64,000 nucleotides of DNA, from the NCBI GenBank assembly GCA_963660905.1, contig CAVKZJ010000003.1, forward strand, positions 42,160 to 106,159, in the 5' to 3' direction. This document shows positions 54,005 through 64,000 of this stretch, piece after piece (position 1 is the stretch's first letter; each line of letters begins with the position of its first letter). The stretch is from a bacterium. Its GTDB lineage: Bacteria > Bacillota_I > Bacilli_A > RFN20 > CAG-288. The position numbers and the translations under genes are program-made. Under the pieces are notes generated by a model. The model made no database searches and had not been told where the DNA came from. It saw nothing but the letters and a program-made list of their open reading frames with translations.

Positions 54005-57000
54005 CTATTCCCAATAGCAGAAGTAGGCGTTGTTCTTCAAGGAATCCGGATAGGCTGAACTGGAAGACCAATCGCTTGTGACGGATTTTGTTTTCGACTT
54101 CCCGTTGTCAGTCGGTGTTCCTGCGGATTCCACTGCGCTGATTTCGTAGATGTCGGAACCGAGTTCATCATAGACGAGATTCCAATATTCATAATATCGT
54201 TTCATATAGGTCTTTGCCGTACTGGCGGAGACCTTTTCTAGACGGCTCAGTGTGAATGTGTTGACGCTCGACGAGGAGGTGATATTGACCGTCAGAACGG
54301 AAACAGATAGCATTCCATCAATGGCAATGGATTTCAGGGGCTTATAGGATTTGCCGTTGAGGGTCGTTTCATCCTCATGCTTGATCGTAAGCTTGAGCGA
54401 ATCGATTGAGGCAGGAGATATGTTGAGGAAATCCTTGAGGTTGAGGTCAAGGACGAAAGTGTTCGTCGAAGAATCATAGGATGTGGAATCGGCCTTGATG
54501 ATGGTGGAGAAGTCATTGCTCATGGAGGCAGTGCTATCACTGGAATTCATCGCTTTATAGATTTCGTTGAGAGCGATGTTCCCAGATTCGACAAAAAGTG
54601 TTTTCACGCTTCCGATATTCATCGAATAGTCGAGGATATAGTAAGCTATATTCTTAACGATGTTTTCGCTTGTTGTCTTGTAATAGGTGGAAGAAGCTGT
54701 ATAACGGTATTCTGTTTTTCGATTGAAAATAGAACCGGTTTTCTGTGTTTCGCTTGAAATTGTCGTCTGGTTGACTAGGACTTCCTTTTCCTTGATGAAA
54801 TATTCCGTGACCCTGTTGCCACTATCCGTGACTTTCTTGTTGAACGCGTTGATTCTCAAATAGGCATATGCGGTTTCATTTTCGACGTAGATTTCCGCAT
54901 AGGCACTTGCAGTCACATTTTCGAGTGAAATACCGATGGCTTTGATGTCCAAACTCAAAGTTCCGCTTATCTCGAAGAAGTTGTTTTCCGTGGTATCAAT
55001 TGTACATTCAAGCAGAATTTTGAATCCATCGATATCGACAAAGGAAGAGGATGTGACGTCGGAAACATATTCGAGCATGGTCTTGCTTTCCTTTGTCTTG
55101 GATGTATCCTGCGTCAATGTGCGGGCATAGGATTTCTCATTTCCTGCTTTGAGTGAAAGCGAGAGATCAAGATTGGTCGTCTTTGTCTTTTCATCGACGA
55201 GGTGAATGTATTTTGCCTTGATGGATGCGCCTGTGACCTTCTTTTCCGTGGTGTCATATTGGATTGTCAGAACAGCTTCACTTCCCTCGAGCGAATCGCT
55301 TTTCACAAGCTTCGGATCCAAGCAAAGCGTGATGCTTCCTTCCTGGAAGGATAAGGATTTTAGATATTTGTAGGCAAAGATTCCTGATGTCGACAAGGCT
55401 TTTCCATTGATGACATCCATCAGTGGCGAACCACTTGTCTCGACGACCGAATTCATGAATTTCAGATAACGGAAGAGAAGATTCGAATCGCTGTCGACGC
55501 CATTGATCGTATTCATGATGGAATAGAGATCGCTGTTTTCCATCTTGACGTGCATGTTGTCATTGTATTCCAAAGTGAATTGGCTTCTGTTGACTAGGTT
55601 ATGGGAATTGTTTTCGATCTGTCCATCCAGATCCTGAAGAGCGAATTCGAGTTTCTGGTCTGAGGATGCCTTGCTGGAGTCATTGATATCCTTGTGGGTC
55701 AGGGTGACTTCCCCGGAGATATCCTTCTTTTCACCTGTCATGTCTGCGCTGAGACCTGAGCCTTCCTTGATGGATAAAGTGGGAACGCTGTCTCCTTCAT
55801 TCTGAAGCGTTCCGCTTAAGGATAAGTCGAACTGCTTCAGATCGGTCGGAAGAGAGAAGAGAGATTCAGACAAGGCTTCGAAATTCGTAATCGGAGGATA
55901 GTCAGTTACATTGAAGGAAGAAGAATGATCTTTAACCTGATCAGAGAAGTTCATGCTGAAGGCGAGATTGCATCCGTTTGCTTTTCCTTTGATGGACAAG
56001 GAAAGGATTTCATTTGTCTCAGACAGGGTCAAAACGAATTTCTCTGTATTGCTTTCGTATTTGCTTCCGGCAAAGAACGTCGATGGGTCAAGCGTGAGCT
56101 TGATCGTTCCCTGTTCATCGCTCGAAAGGGAAACAACTCCATCGAGTCCCTTTAAAGAGAGATGATTGCATAAATCATCCTTGAGTGTCTTGAAGGATTC
56201 GCTCTTCGAAAGTGTCTGAAGAATATCCGACATCGAGAAGATGCTCGAGGACGTGTTGGAAGAATCATCCTGGACTTTGGAGTCGATGAGAGCATACATG
56301 GAACGGATATCGCTATCGCTTAAGGAATTGCGGAAGACATAGTCACTGTCCTGATTATATCCATATCCGAAATAGAGATTTTTATCCGTGCCGGAATAGT
56401 ACATCTCGATTCCCTGTCCGATGATGCTCTTTTCATCATTCTTCGAAGAGGGAAGATTCAGGGAGAGGTAGTAGTCGCCTAAGGATGTATAGAGTGTGTT
56501 CTGATCGATGACTCCATTTTTGGAGACATCGACGCTGATTTCTCCTTCTCCATTGAAGGTGACATTCTGCTGATCGGTGAAGATGAGCGAATAGTCCACG
56601 CTGAGTTTTTTCTTGTCGATGAGATTTGCCAAAGAGGAGAACAGATCAAGGCTTTCCGTATAGGAATCATAGTCTTCCTCATTTGGTGGAGTGATCGTGG
56701 TGAAATTGGAAATGGAGAAGGAAAGATTCTCTATGGCGATATCTCCAAAATCCAGTCTGGAAAGAGTGATATCCTTTACTTCATATCCTTCCTCTTCTAA
56801 ATCATTGAAGGAAACTGTCAAGCTAAGATCATCCTTCAAGGATAAGGAAGTGCCATCCAGGGTGATAGAGAAGGATGTCGAAGAGAAGTGATACGCTTTC
56901 AAGAGACCATTGAGGGGGGATAAATCCCCGTTTTTGATCTTCTCAATGCTGCTTTTGTCAACTTTTTTGAAGATGATATTGAGGTTCTCATCGATTTTTT

Positions 57001-58249
57001 CAATCGTAAAATCATTTAACAGTTTACTGATTGTGTTAAAAGTATCTTTCAATTTGCTGTTATCGATTCTTCCTTTGAAAAAACTGTTGAGAGAAAGATA
57101 ACTGGTGCTTTTCTTGAAGTACAAGTCGATGTCATTCAAGGATTTCCCATCGAATGCTTCCTTTTCGTTCTGATCCAAACAGAGAGCATATTCACCGACA
57201 TTGCTATCCAAGAACACGTCTGTGATATCGCAATCCAGTCTTCCTTTTAGATAGGAAGTCTTCGTTGTGGAGTCGTCGATCTTTTTTGATAAATTCGCTT
57301 TTAGATTTATTGAGAATTGCTTCTTTTCTTCTGTGTTGCCAGCGGAGGAATATTTTCCTGAGAAGATATCAGAAAGCAAGGAAAAGATGGAAGAATCCTG
57401 TGATGTGATATCTGTGGAGGAAGAAGAATGGCTTGTATAGGTTGAGATCTCCTTCACATTCTTGATCGTTCCTTCAAGAGCAAAGGCGGAGGTGACATTC
57501 TTCTCAGTCGAGGAAAGAAGAACTTTGTCTTTTGTCTTGATGGAGGTTGGATTTTCCTGCTTGTCTGAAAAAAGAAGGAGAGATAGATTTTGGATATTCG
57601 TTGTCCCGATTGTGAAATCAGGAAGAGAGACGAGGAAGGAATTCTGTGAATCGGATGTTGTGTTTTCTATCGCATTGGCACTCGCTTTCTGTAAAGAAGA
57701 AAAAAGAGAATACAAAGAAACATTTCCACTTTCCGATTTGGAATTGATGTTTAATCCCAACTGCTTGAGCAATCCAAAGAGGTCATCAAATGTCTTGGGA
57801 AGGCTTGTCTTTATGGCGTTTCCTTTTTCTGTGGAGAGATAGAGGTAGTCGTCGGCTTTGTATTCACAGTCGAGATTGATCTTCAACCCTTTATAGGATG
57901 CTGTCAGATTCGTATAGAAATTGAAGGAAAGGGTATTGCTTCCGCTTAGGTCCAAATCAAGGTCTTTCATTTCCAATGCCAAGACATCATTGACAGAGGA
58001 GATATCGGGTGTGATGCTGATTTTCAAGGTATCCATCTGAATCTGTTTGGCAGAAAAGAAACGATTCAGGGCTGTCGAAAGAGAATTGTCGATTCTGTCA
58101 TTCTGATTCTTGTCGATGTCAGGAAGAATGTTTTCTTGGCAGTTTGACTGCTCTTTCTGGATGGAATTTCTTTGGTCGACAAAAGATTCCTGAAAAGGAG
58201 TGATCAAGAAAAGGGTGAAGAAAAGTCCACGAATTGCATTCTTTTTCAT
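54005..58249 (-). CDS. giant Ser/Thr/Asn-rich secreted protein (about 1414 aa), function unknown, probable surface protein
   Basis: Start trimmed to MKKNAIRGLFFTLFLI (signal peptide); low-complexity but non-repetitive polar composition; C-terminal region homologous to the downstream-window part of the gene at 59667. Confidence 0.65.
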   Translation of the reverse strand: MKKNAIRGLFFTLFLITPFQESFVDQRNSIQKEQSNCQENILPDIDKNQNDRIDNSLSTALNRFFSAKQIQMDTLKISITPDISSVNDVLALEMKDLDLDLSGSNTLSFNFYTNLTASYKGLKINLDCEYKADDYLYLSTEKGNAIKTSLPKTFDDLFGLLKQLGLNINSKSESGNVSLYSLFSSLQKASANAIENTTSDSQNSFLVSLPDFTIGTTNIQNLSLLLFSDKQENPTSIKTKDKVLLSSTEKNVTSAFALEGTIKNVKEISTYTSHSSSSTDITSQDSSIFSLLSDIFSGKYSSAGNTEEKKQFSINLKANLSKKIDDSTTKTSYLKGRLDCDITDVFLDSNVGEYALCLDQNEKEAFDGKSLNDIDLYFKKSTSYLSLNSFFKGRIDNSKLKDTFNTISKLLNDFTIEKIDENLNIIFKKVDKSSIEKIKNGDLSPLNGLLKAYHFSSTSFSITLDGTSLSLKDDLSLTVSFNDLEEEGYEVKDITLSRLDFGDIAIENLSFSISNFTTITPPNEEDYDSYTESLDLFSSLANLIDKKKLSVDYSLIFTDQQNVTFNGEGEISVDVSKNGVIDQNTLYTSLGDYYLSLNLPSSKNDEKSIIGQGIEMYYSGTDKNLYFGYGYNQDSDYVFRNSLSDSDIRSMYALIDSKVQDDSSNTSSSIFSMSDILQTLSKSESFKTLKDDLCNHLSLKGLDGVVSLSSDEQGTIKLTLDPSTFFAGSKYESNTEKFVLTLSETNEILSLSIKGKANGCNLAFSMNFSDQVKDHSSSFNVTDYPPITNFEALSESLFSLPTDLKQFDLSLSGTLQNEGDSVPTLSIKEGSGLSADMTGEKKDISGEVTLTHKDINDSSKASSDQKLEFALQDLDGQIENNSHNLVNRSQFTLEYNDNMHVKMENSDLYSIMNTINGVDSDSNLLFRYLKFMNSVVETSGSPLMDVINGKALSTSGIFAYKYLKSLSFQEGSITLCLDPKLVKSDSLEGSEAVLTIQYDTTEKKVTGASIKAKYIHLVDEKTKTTNLDLSLSLKAGNEKSYARTLTQDTSKTKESKTMLEYVSDVTSSSFVDIDGFKILLECTIDTTENNFFEISGTLSLDIKAIGISLENVTASAYAEIYVENETAYAYLRINAFNKKVTDSGNRVTEYFIKEKEVLVNQTTISSETQKTGSIFNRKTEYRYTASSTYYKTTSENIVKNIAYYILDYSMNIGSVKTLFVESGNIALNEIYKAMNSSDSTASMSNDFSTIIKADSTSYDSSTNTFVLDLNLKDFLNISPASIDSLKLTIKHEDETTLNGKSYKPLKSIAIDGMLSVSVLTVNITSSSSVNTFTLSRLEKVSASTAKTYMKRYYEYWNLVYDELGSDIYEISAVESAGTPTDNGKSKTKSVTSDWSSSSAYPDSLKNNAYFCYWE

Positions 58250-58427
58250 TTGTCTATTGTGCTCGGGAGAAAGTATACACATTTTTTGCGTCAAAGAAAA
58301 CAATATTTTCTTCTAACAATCTGACATGAAAACAGTTTTGATATTTAATTATTTTGAAGCTAGAATGTTTATAAAAGAAATATTTTACTTTTGTTTTCTT
58401 TCAACGTATATTTATGTGGTAAAAAAG

Positions 58428-59663
58428 ATGGAAGAAAAAAATAAAGAAGAAAAAGAGAGCCAAGATTTGGTTTGTAAACCAAAAGAAGAAGCACAAAAGC
58501 AGGATGAGGCTCGCATAAAGGAAAAGAACCGAAAAAAGATCAAGGCAAAACCGGATGCCAAGAAGAAAAACTGGATCCCTGTTGCCATTGTCGTCTCCGT
58601 TTCGATTCTTGTCGGTGGAGGAGGAGGCTATCTCCTTTACCGTTGGCAGAATCCGGAATCAGCCACGTTGGCAGGTGCGGGTTTTGAAGGATATGTTCCT
58701 TCCAAGGATGAGATCCAGAAATCGATTTCCAATAATTCATTGGAAAAAGACTATGAAGGAAAATTCTATCAACTGGTGAATTATGCTTTATCGATACAGG
58801 GACAAAGCAAGTACGCGCTGACGATTGGCAAGGCAAAGGTCGTTGCCAATGCAGGTGTCTCCGTCACGCAGAACATCGTTTCCTGCAATTACACGACGCC
58901 GGAAGGAATCTACAATCAGAATGTCTCTTCCTCAAGCGTGGTCAAGACGGCCAACCGCTTCTATGACAATCTCGATGGAAAGGTTCTCGGATATCTCGAG
59001 TCTGTCCCGGATGATTGGAAGAAGAACAATACGCCCAAGGAATATACCTATGACGAATATATCCAAAGCTATGGAAAACTTCTTCAGGGTTCGTATTACT
59101 GCACGACGGTCTTAGATTCGTCCCATGTGACTGAGGCGACGCCGATCTCGGATCGCTATCTGACCTCGGATAAGAGCGTCTATGATTCCTCATCTGAGAA
59201 AAGCAAGCACCATGTCAATGGGGTTGTCATCTATCTCATCGGGCCAAGCAGCGTGAAGAACTCATCCCTTGAGAAAAAGGATGATGGGTATCTTATCTCG
59301 CTTGACCTCTATACAGATAAGGATCGAAAGTCGGCGAGCGATGAAGAAAAAAAGAAGATCTCCATCGGCAATACCTATTATTCTGTTCAGATGCGAACCA
59401 CTGGTGGGCTTAATTCAAGACCATCGTTCTCTCTCACTCATCTCGAATTCACCTTGGATGAAGAACTCCAGCTAGTGTCAACTTATTTCAAGGACGAATA
59501 TTCTGCAACCGTCGGACCGATCAGCTCGACGACCGCAAGCGATATGTATCAGTATTATTTCCGTTCGGAGAGCAATGTCTTCTCCGGCGTGGAAGTCACT
59601 ATTCCCAAAAGCGATGACCCAGATAATTTCGCGGGGTATCAGCTATTTCCTCAGGAGGCTTAG
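58428..59663 (+). CDS. membrane-anchored protein (N-terminal Lys/Glu-rich cytoplasmic tail, single TM, extracellular domain)
   Basis: TM WIPVAIVVSVSILVGGGGGYLLY; 3 nt upstream of the giant-protein gene; start uncertain between 58326 and 58428. Confidence 0.5.
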   Translation: MEEKNKEEKESQDLVCKPKEEAQKQDEARIKEKNRKKIKAKPDAKKKNWIPVAIVVSVSILVGGGGGYLLYRWQNPESATLAGAGFEGYVPSKDEIQKSISNNSLEKDYEGKFYQLVNYALSIQGQSKYALTIGKAKVVANAGVSVTQNIVSCNYTTPEGIYNQNVSSSSVVKTANRFYDNLDGKVLGYLESVPDDWKKNNTPKEYTYDEYIQSYGKLLQGSYYCTTVLDSSHVTEATPISDRYLTSDKSVYDSSSEKSKHHVNGVVIYLIGPSSVKNSSLEKKDDGYLISLDLYTDKDRKSASDEEKKKISIGNTYYSVQMRTTGGLNSRPSFSLTHLEFTLDEELQLVSTYFKDEYSATVGPISSTTASDMYQYYFRSESNVFSGVEVTIPKSDDPDNFAGYQLFPQEA

Positions 59664-59666
59664 AAT

Positions 59667-62600
59667 ATGAAAAAAAACACATGGAAAAGAATCGGAGCAT
59701 TGACACTTTTGGGTGCCTTCAGTGCTTCTGCTTCCGGATCCGCTGTCTATATGATGATGCATGCCACGAAACAGAATCAGGATGCTTCCGACGATATTAC
59801 GATTCCGGATATCGATGACAACAATCAGGAAAAGGAAGAGACCAATCTTTCCAAGACATTGAATTCCTTATTGAATTCCAAGGAGATTTCTTCTGGAAAT
59901 CTTTCCCTGTCCATCAAACCTGTGGGCAAGGAATCCATCGACTTAAAGCTGAACAGTCTCAATGTCGACCTAAGCAAGCTCAACACGAGCGTCGTCAATG
60001 TCGCAACGGATGTCCAGGTTCTTTATGGTAAGTCTTCGACAACAGAGGAAAATGCTGTCAAGAGACTCAATCAGACACTTTCCTTGCGTGTGGAAGAAAA
60101 CGAAGCGTGCTATGTTACCTTCAAGAATCGTAATTTCTGTTTCGATATTCCCCAGAATCTTTCAGATCTGATGGAAATCTTCAAGGCACTCGGCCTTGTC
60201 AAGACAAATGATGCCACTTCAACTTCCTCTTTAGACCTCTCTTCAATCGTCTCGAAAGTCCAGGACTTGGCAGGTGAGATTACGGCGACGGATTCCATTG
60301 AGGATACCGCAAGCGACTTGGTTCATTTCGATATCTCGATTCCAGAAATCACGATTGGCAATACAAAGATCGGAAGCGATGCAGGAAAACTGAATCTGAC
60401 ATTGTATGCGACCAAAGACACCTATCGTCTGAAGAAGATCCAGACGAAGGAAGATATCGCGATCTATTCCAGAAAGGATGAGTCCTCTTCTTTCGAAAAG
60501 AATTTAGCCCTTTCCCTGGATGGACAGATTGAGCTTAAGGAAGTCAGCAGCTATAAGACCTTGACTTCCGAGCAGATCTCGACGTATTCCAATGTCACGG
60601 ATGCCAACACGTCGATTTTCTCGACGATCCAGGATGTCATGGGCAACGATTCGGATGTCTCTTTGGCTGTCCATGTTGAGAAGAGCGTTTCGGATGCTTC
60701 GTCAAGCAGTGTGCAATCCTCCTTCGATGTGAACGGATTGCTTGCGATGGATTGTAAAAAGAATAATTATTCTCTTTCTTTGGACCATCTGAGTGCCGAT
60801 AATGAGAATCTTAATTCCTTGGATGTGAAATTCATCGATAAGAATCTTTATCTGAAGCTGAATGAACTGGTGAAGGGAAGAATATCGGATACCAAGATTA
60901 CCGAGATGTTCTCTTATATTACGAAGATCACGTCTTCTCCATTGATTGAGGTCTTTGCCTCGGAGACACAAACAGTCTTGGGAACTCTGGATATCGACAA
61001 ACTGAAGGATGGCGATATGACGCAGATCCAAGGACTCTTGGATCAGGAGAATACCTATTTCGACTATGATTCCTCCACCTCGAGTTTCACCCTTTCCATC
61101 GATGGAAGCTATCTTGGATTGACGGATGGGGCCATCGTCTTAAAGATCAAATGTTCTTCGGAAAAGAAAATCGAGAAAATCACGATCGAAGGACTCTCCT
61201 TCTCTTCGACGGATTCCACGTCCAATAAGAAAGAGACAACGACGATTTCTCTTTCGATGACTCCAAAAGCATCTACTCAAGAAACCAAAAAGGAATTGAC
61301 TATCAGCGAGGAAGAAAAGAGCCAGTATCAGAATCTTGCCCCGGCCTGTGATATTTTCTCCTCCATTTCGAATTTTGCCCAGAACCAGAAATTCCTGGCA
61401 GATTATACCTTGACCTACAATGACAAGATCAATGACGGAACCAATAATAACTATTCCATGATTTCGGCCAGCGGTTCCATCGGAGCGGATCTTACCTCTG
61501 TGACGAACAAGGGAACAATCCTTGATAAGGTGAGTCAAGGCGATTATCTTCTTTCCATGAAGGCGAGCTGTGGGGAGAGTGTTCATAATCTGAACATGAA
61601 CTATCAGAATCATTGCCTTTATTTTGGATATGACACAATCTATGGAAACAATCCATCGAATACGGTCTTCAAAAACGAAATCGAGAACGTGAATCTCGGA
61701 AAGATGATGACCATCTTAGATAAGAAAACAAATTCCTCGGTTTCCGTTTCCTTTGACCAGGTCTCCAAAGTTCTGGATTTCCTTGGCATGAACGAGGATT
61801 TCCAAAATGCCATCAGGAAAGTCCAGAGCGGTTCTCTTAAAGGCTTTGATGATGTCTTCACTCTCACCTCGAATGAGGATGAGAATGGCGGATATCTCTC
61901 GCTTGTGTTGAATATCGATAAGATTTTCAAATCGGATTCCCTGATCGGAAAGAATCTGAGCAATATCACGATTCTTCTTTCGACGAAAGATAAAAGCATG
62001 AAGAGTCTTTCCATTTCGACAAAGATTTCTTCCACACAGGATTTCTCCTTCACATTGAATTTCTCTTCTTCCTTCACCTCCTTCATCTTGGACGAGGAAG
62101 CCTGCCAAAAATATCAGAAGATCGAGGACTTCAATACGATTGTCGATTCCTTCTACAATCTTGGAAACCAGATTGAGAAATATGGCATCAAGGTCAATGC
62201 GGAATACAAGAAAGACCCGACGCTGGATGAGAACGGAAGCGTTGTCTCCTATGGCAGTGCCTTGACGTTATCTGGTTCGGCTTATTGGGATTTGAGTGTG
62301 AAAGATGATCCGAAATTTGCCGGCAGCCTTGTTCTTTCCCATCCATTTGTCTCAATCGACAACTCACCTCGAATGAGGATGAGAATGGCGGATATCTCTC
62401 GCTTGTGTTGAATATCGATAAGATTTTCAAATCGGATTCCCTGATCGGAAAGAATCTGAGCAATATCACGATTCTTCTTTCGACGAAAGATAAAAGCATG
62501 AAGAGTCTTTCCATTTCGACAAAGATTTCTTCCACACAGGATTTCTCCTTCACATTGAATTTCTCTTCTTCCTTCACCTCCTTCATCTTGGACGAGGAAG

Positions 62601-64000
62601 CCTGCCAAAAATATCAGAAGATCGAGGACTTCAATACGATTGTCGATTCCTTCTACAATCTTGGAAACCAGATTGAGAAATATGGCATCAAGGTCAATGC
62701 GGAATACAAGAAAGACCCGACGCTGGATGAGAACGGAAGCGTTGTCTCCTATGGCAGTGCCTTGACGTTATCTGGTTCGGCTTATTGGGATTTGAGTGTG
62801 AAAGATGATCCGAAATTTGCCGGCAGCCTTGTTCTTTCCCATCCATTTGTCTCAATCGACAACACATTGAGCGTGAAAAAGACCCAGGCTGATCAGAATC
62901 TGAAGTTCAAATATCAGAAGGATTCCTCAAATGATGGCGAACTGACCGCAGACTATAATGAGCATCTTCATGCTGTCTTGCACTCTTCGACCATCAAGGA
63001 TATGGTCAATACCATCTCTTCGACAAGCGAGACATCCTTGTTGAATAATCTCTTGGATACCTCTTCCTCTGTCGCTTCAAATATGCCGATCAAGGACGTC
63101 ATTTCTCTTTCGGCTCCAAGTCTTCTTCTTTCTTACCCATATATTCAGTCCGTGGATTTTTCCGATACGGACAATGAAATCACCATCAAGGTCGATAAGA
63201 GACTCTATAACATCAAGGAAGAAGGGGATTCTGTCATCCTGAAGATCAAATATGAGGATTCTCAGAATCCGATTCTGACTTCTCTCTCTGTTGATCTCTC
63301 CAAGGAAGGAAAGAGTGTCTGCAAAGGAAGCATCGAGCTTGTTCCTTATTCCGAAGAGGAACTTCCCGACGTCTTGGAATACAATGAAGCCAATAAAGGC
63401 AAATTCGTCTCTCTCGATGGATTGAAGAACCTGACGAAGATGATGATCGATACCACGGAAAACAATTACTTCCACTTCCAGGGATATCTCAATCTGGATT
63501 TCACCATGTTTGAGAATTCCACTTCCCAGCAGCCGATCAATCTGGATGCTCTCTGCTTCGATCTGAATTTCAATGTTTCCCTCTATATCGATGAAAACGG
63601 CGATGTGAATACTTATCTGGCATTGAAGGTCGGAAATGAGACGATTCAGCAATCTGGCTATTATGTGACGGAATTTGCCTTCACAAGCAAAGAAGATGTC
63701 GATTATGTCTATATGGACAACACCAGAACGGATGCTGTCTTGGATGAAAACGAGAATGTCGTCAATCAGATTTCCTCGACGGCTTATCGTGTGACCAAGA
63801 AGGAATTCGAAAACAATATTCTCTACTATCTTGTCTCCCAGGGTCTTGGCATCGATGACAGAATCGCGGGAAAGACCGTGATGGCAAATATCTATCAGAC
63901 ACTGAAGAACAAGGAAGACGGAAAGAATTCCTCTTCGACTCAGAAATCAGAGGATGTCTCCTCTTTGACGACGAATCTGTCCATTCAGCTCAATTCGGAT
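59667..64000 (+). CDS. giant Ser/Thr-rich secreted protein paralog; reading frame interrupted by a 500-bp tandem duplication (as assembled: ORF 59667-62411, continuation in +2 frame from 62364 to beyond the window end)
   Basis: Signal peptide MKKNTWKRIGALTLLGAFSASASGSA; the frame opened manually from 62864 has no stop through 64000 and aligns with the C-terminal third of the 54005-58249 protein (IDTTENNYFHF versus IDTTENNFFEI). Confidence 0.6.
61864..62863 (+). repeat. perfect 500-bp direct tandem duplication (2 x 500 bp)
   Basis: Copy 1 at 61864-62363 and copy 2 at 62364-62863 are identical at every anchor checked (cttattggga at 62281 and 62781; ctcaatcgacaac ending at 62363 and 62863); 500 is not divisible by 3. 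Confidence 0.85.

Noticed and set aside
61640-62586. Two minus-strand ORFs (148 aa and 130 aa) with identical N-terminal 70 residues
   Set aside because: Identity is a by-product of the 500-bp tandem duplication inside the giant plus-strand gene; opposite-strand, no independent support
1-64000. CRISPR arrays, integrases/transposases, prophage genes
   Set aside because: No short regularly spaced direct repeats, no recombinase or transposase-like ORFs, and no phage structural genes were seen. The only large repeat is the 500-bp tandem duplication, and the only short tandem repeat is the 21-bp A-D-A-A-K-T coding repeat
47583-64000. Genomic island integrated at tRNA-Pro
   Set aside because: The accessory surface-protein locus begins right after tRNA-Pro, but no integrase, direct-repeat attachment site, or flanking tRNA fragment is visible in the window; it is left as an unproven possibility

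Overview
This 64-kb window is a low-GC Firmicutes chromosome segment. The gene content and the membrane-anchor style resemble Erysipelotrichia-like gut bacteria, but the taxon cannot be proven from sequence alone. GC content is roughly 40-48% by eye. The window mixes housekeeping loci with several accessory regions. The housekeeping loci are nadE, the ileS-lspA-rluD block, a ygjP-like/trmH-like/hydrolase operon, rnhC, mutS2-uvrC, three tRNAs, and a hexuronate catabolism set (uxuA-uxuB, kdgK-eda, AraC regulator). The accessory regions are: (i) A tandem array of three divergent, domain-permuted GH3 glycosidase paralogs. Each carries membrane anchors, and the array also holds a CBM-like lipoprotein and an orphan LytTR regulator. 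(ii) A compositionally distinct four-gene island at about 34.8-39.7 kb, inserted between uxuB and an aminotransferase gene. It encodes a small protein, a coiled-coil protein, a McrB-like AAA+ GTPase with an unrecognised 300-aa N-terminal domain, and a McrC-like PD-(D/E)xK nuclease with a long N-terminal extension. This is the best candidate for an undescribed Type IV-restriction-like (CoCoNuT-like) defence system. (iii) A surface-protein region at about 47.8-64 kb. It holds a giant ABC-FtsX fusion transporter, a YozG/DUF2975-like pair, two paralogous Ser/Thr-rich secreted proteins longer than 1400 aa in divergent orientation, and paralogous partner proteins. One giant gene is interrupted by a perfect 500-bp tandem duplication that shifts the reading frame. 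All calls rest on manual reading of the ORF translations and the DNA. No database search was run.
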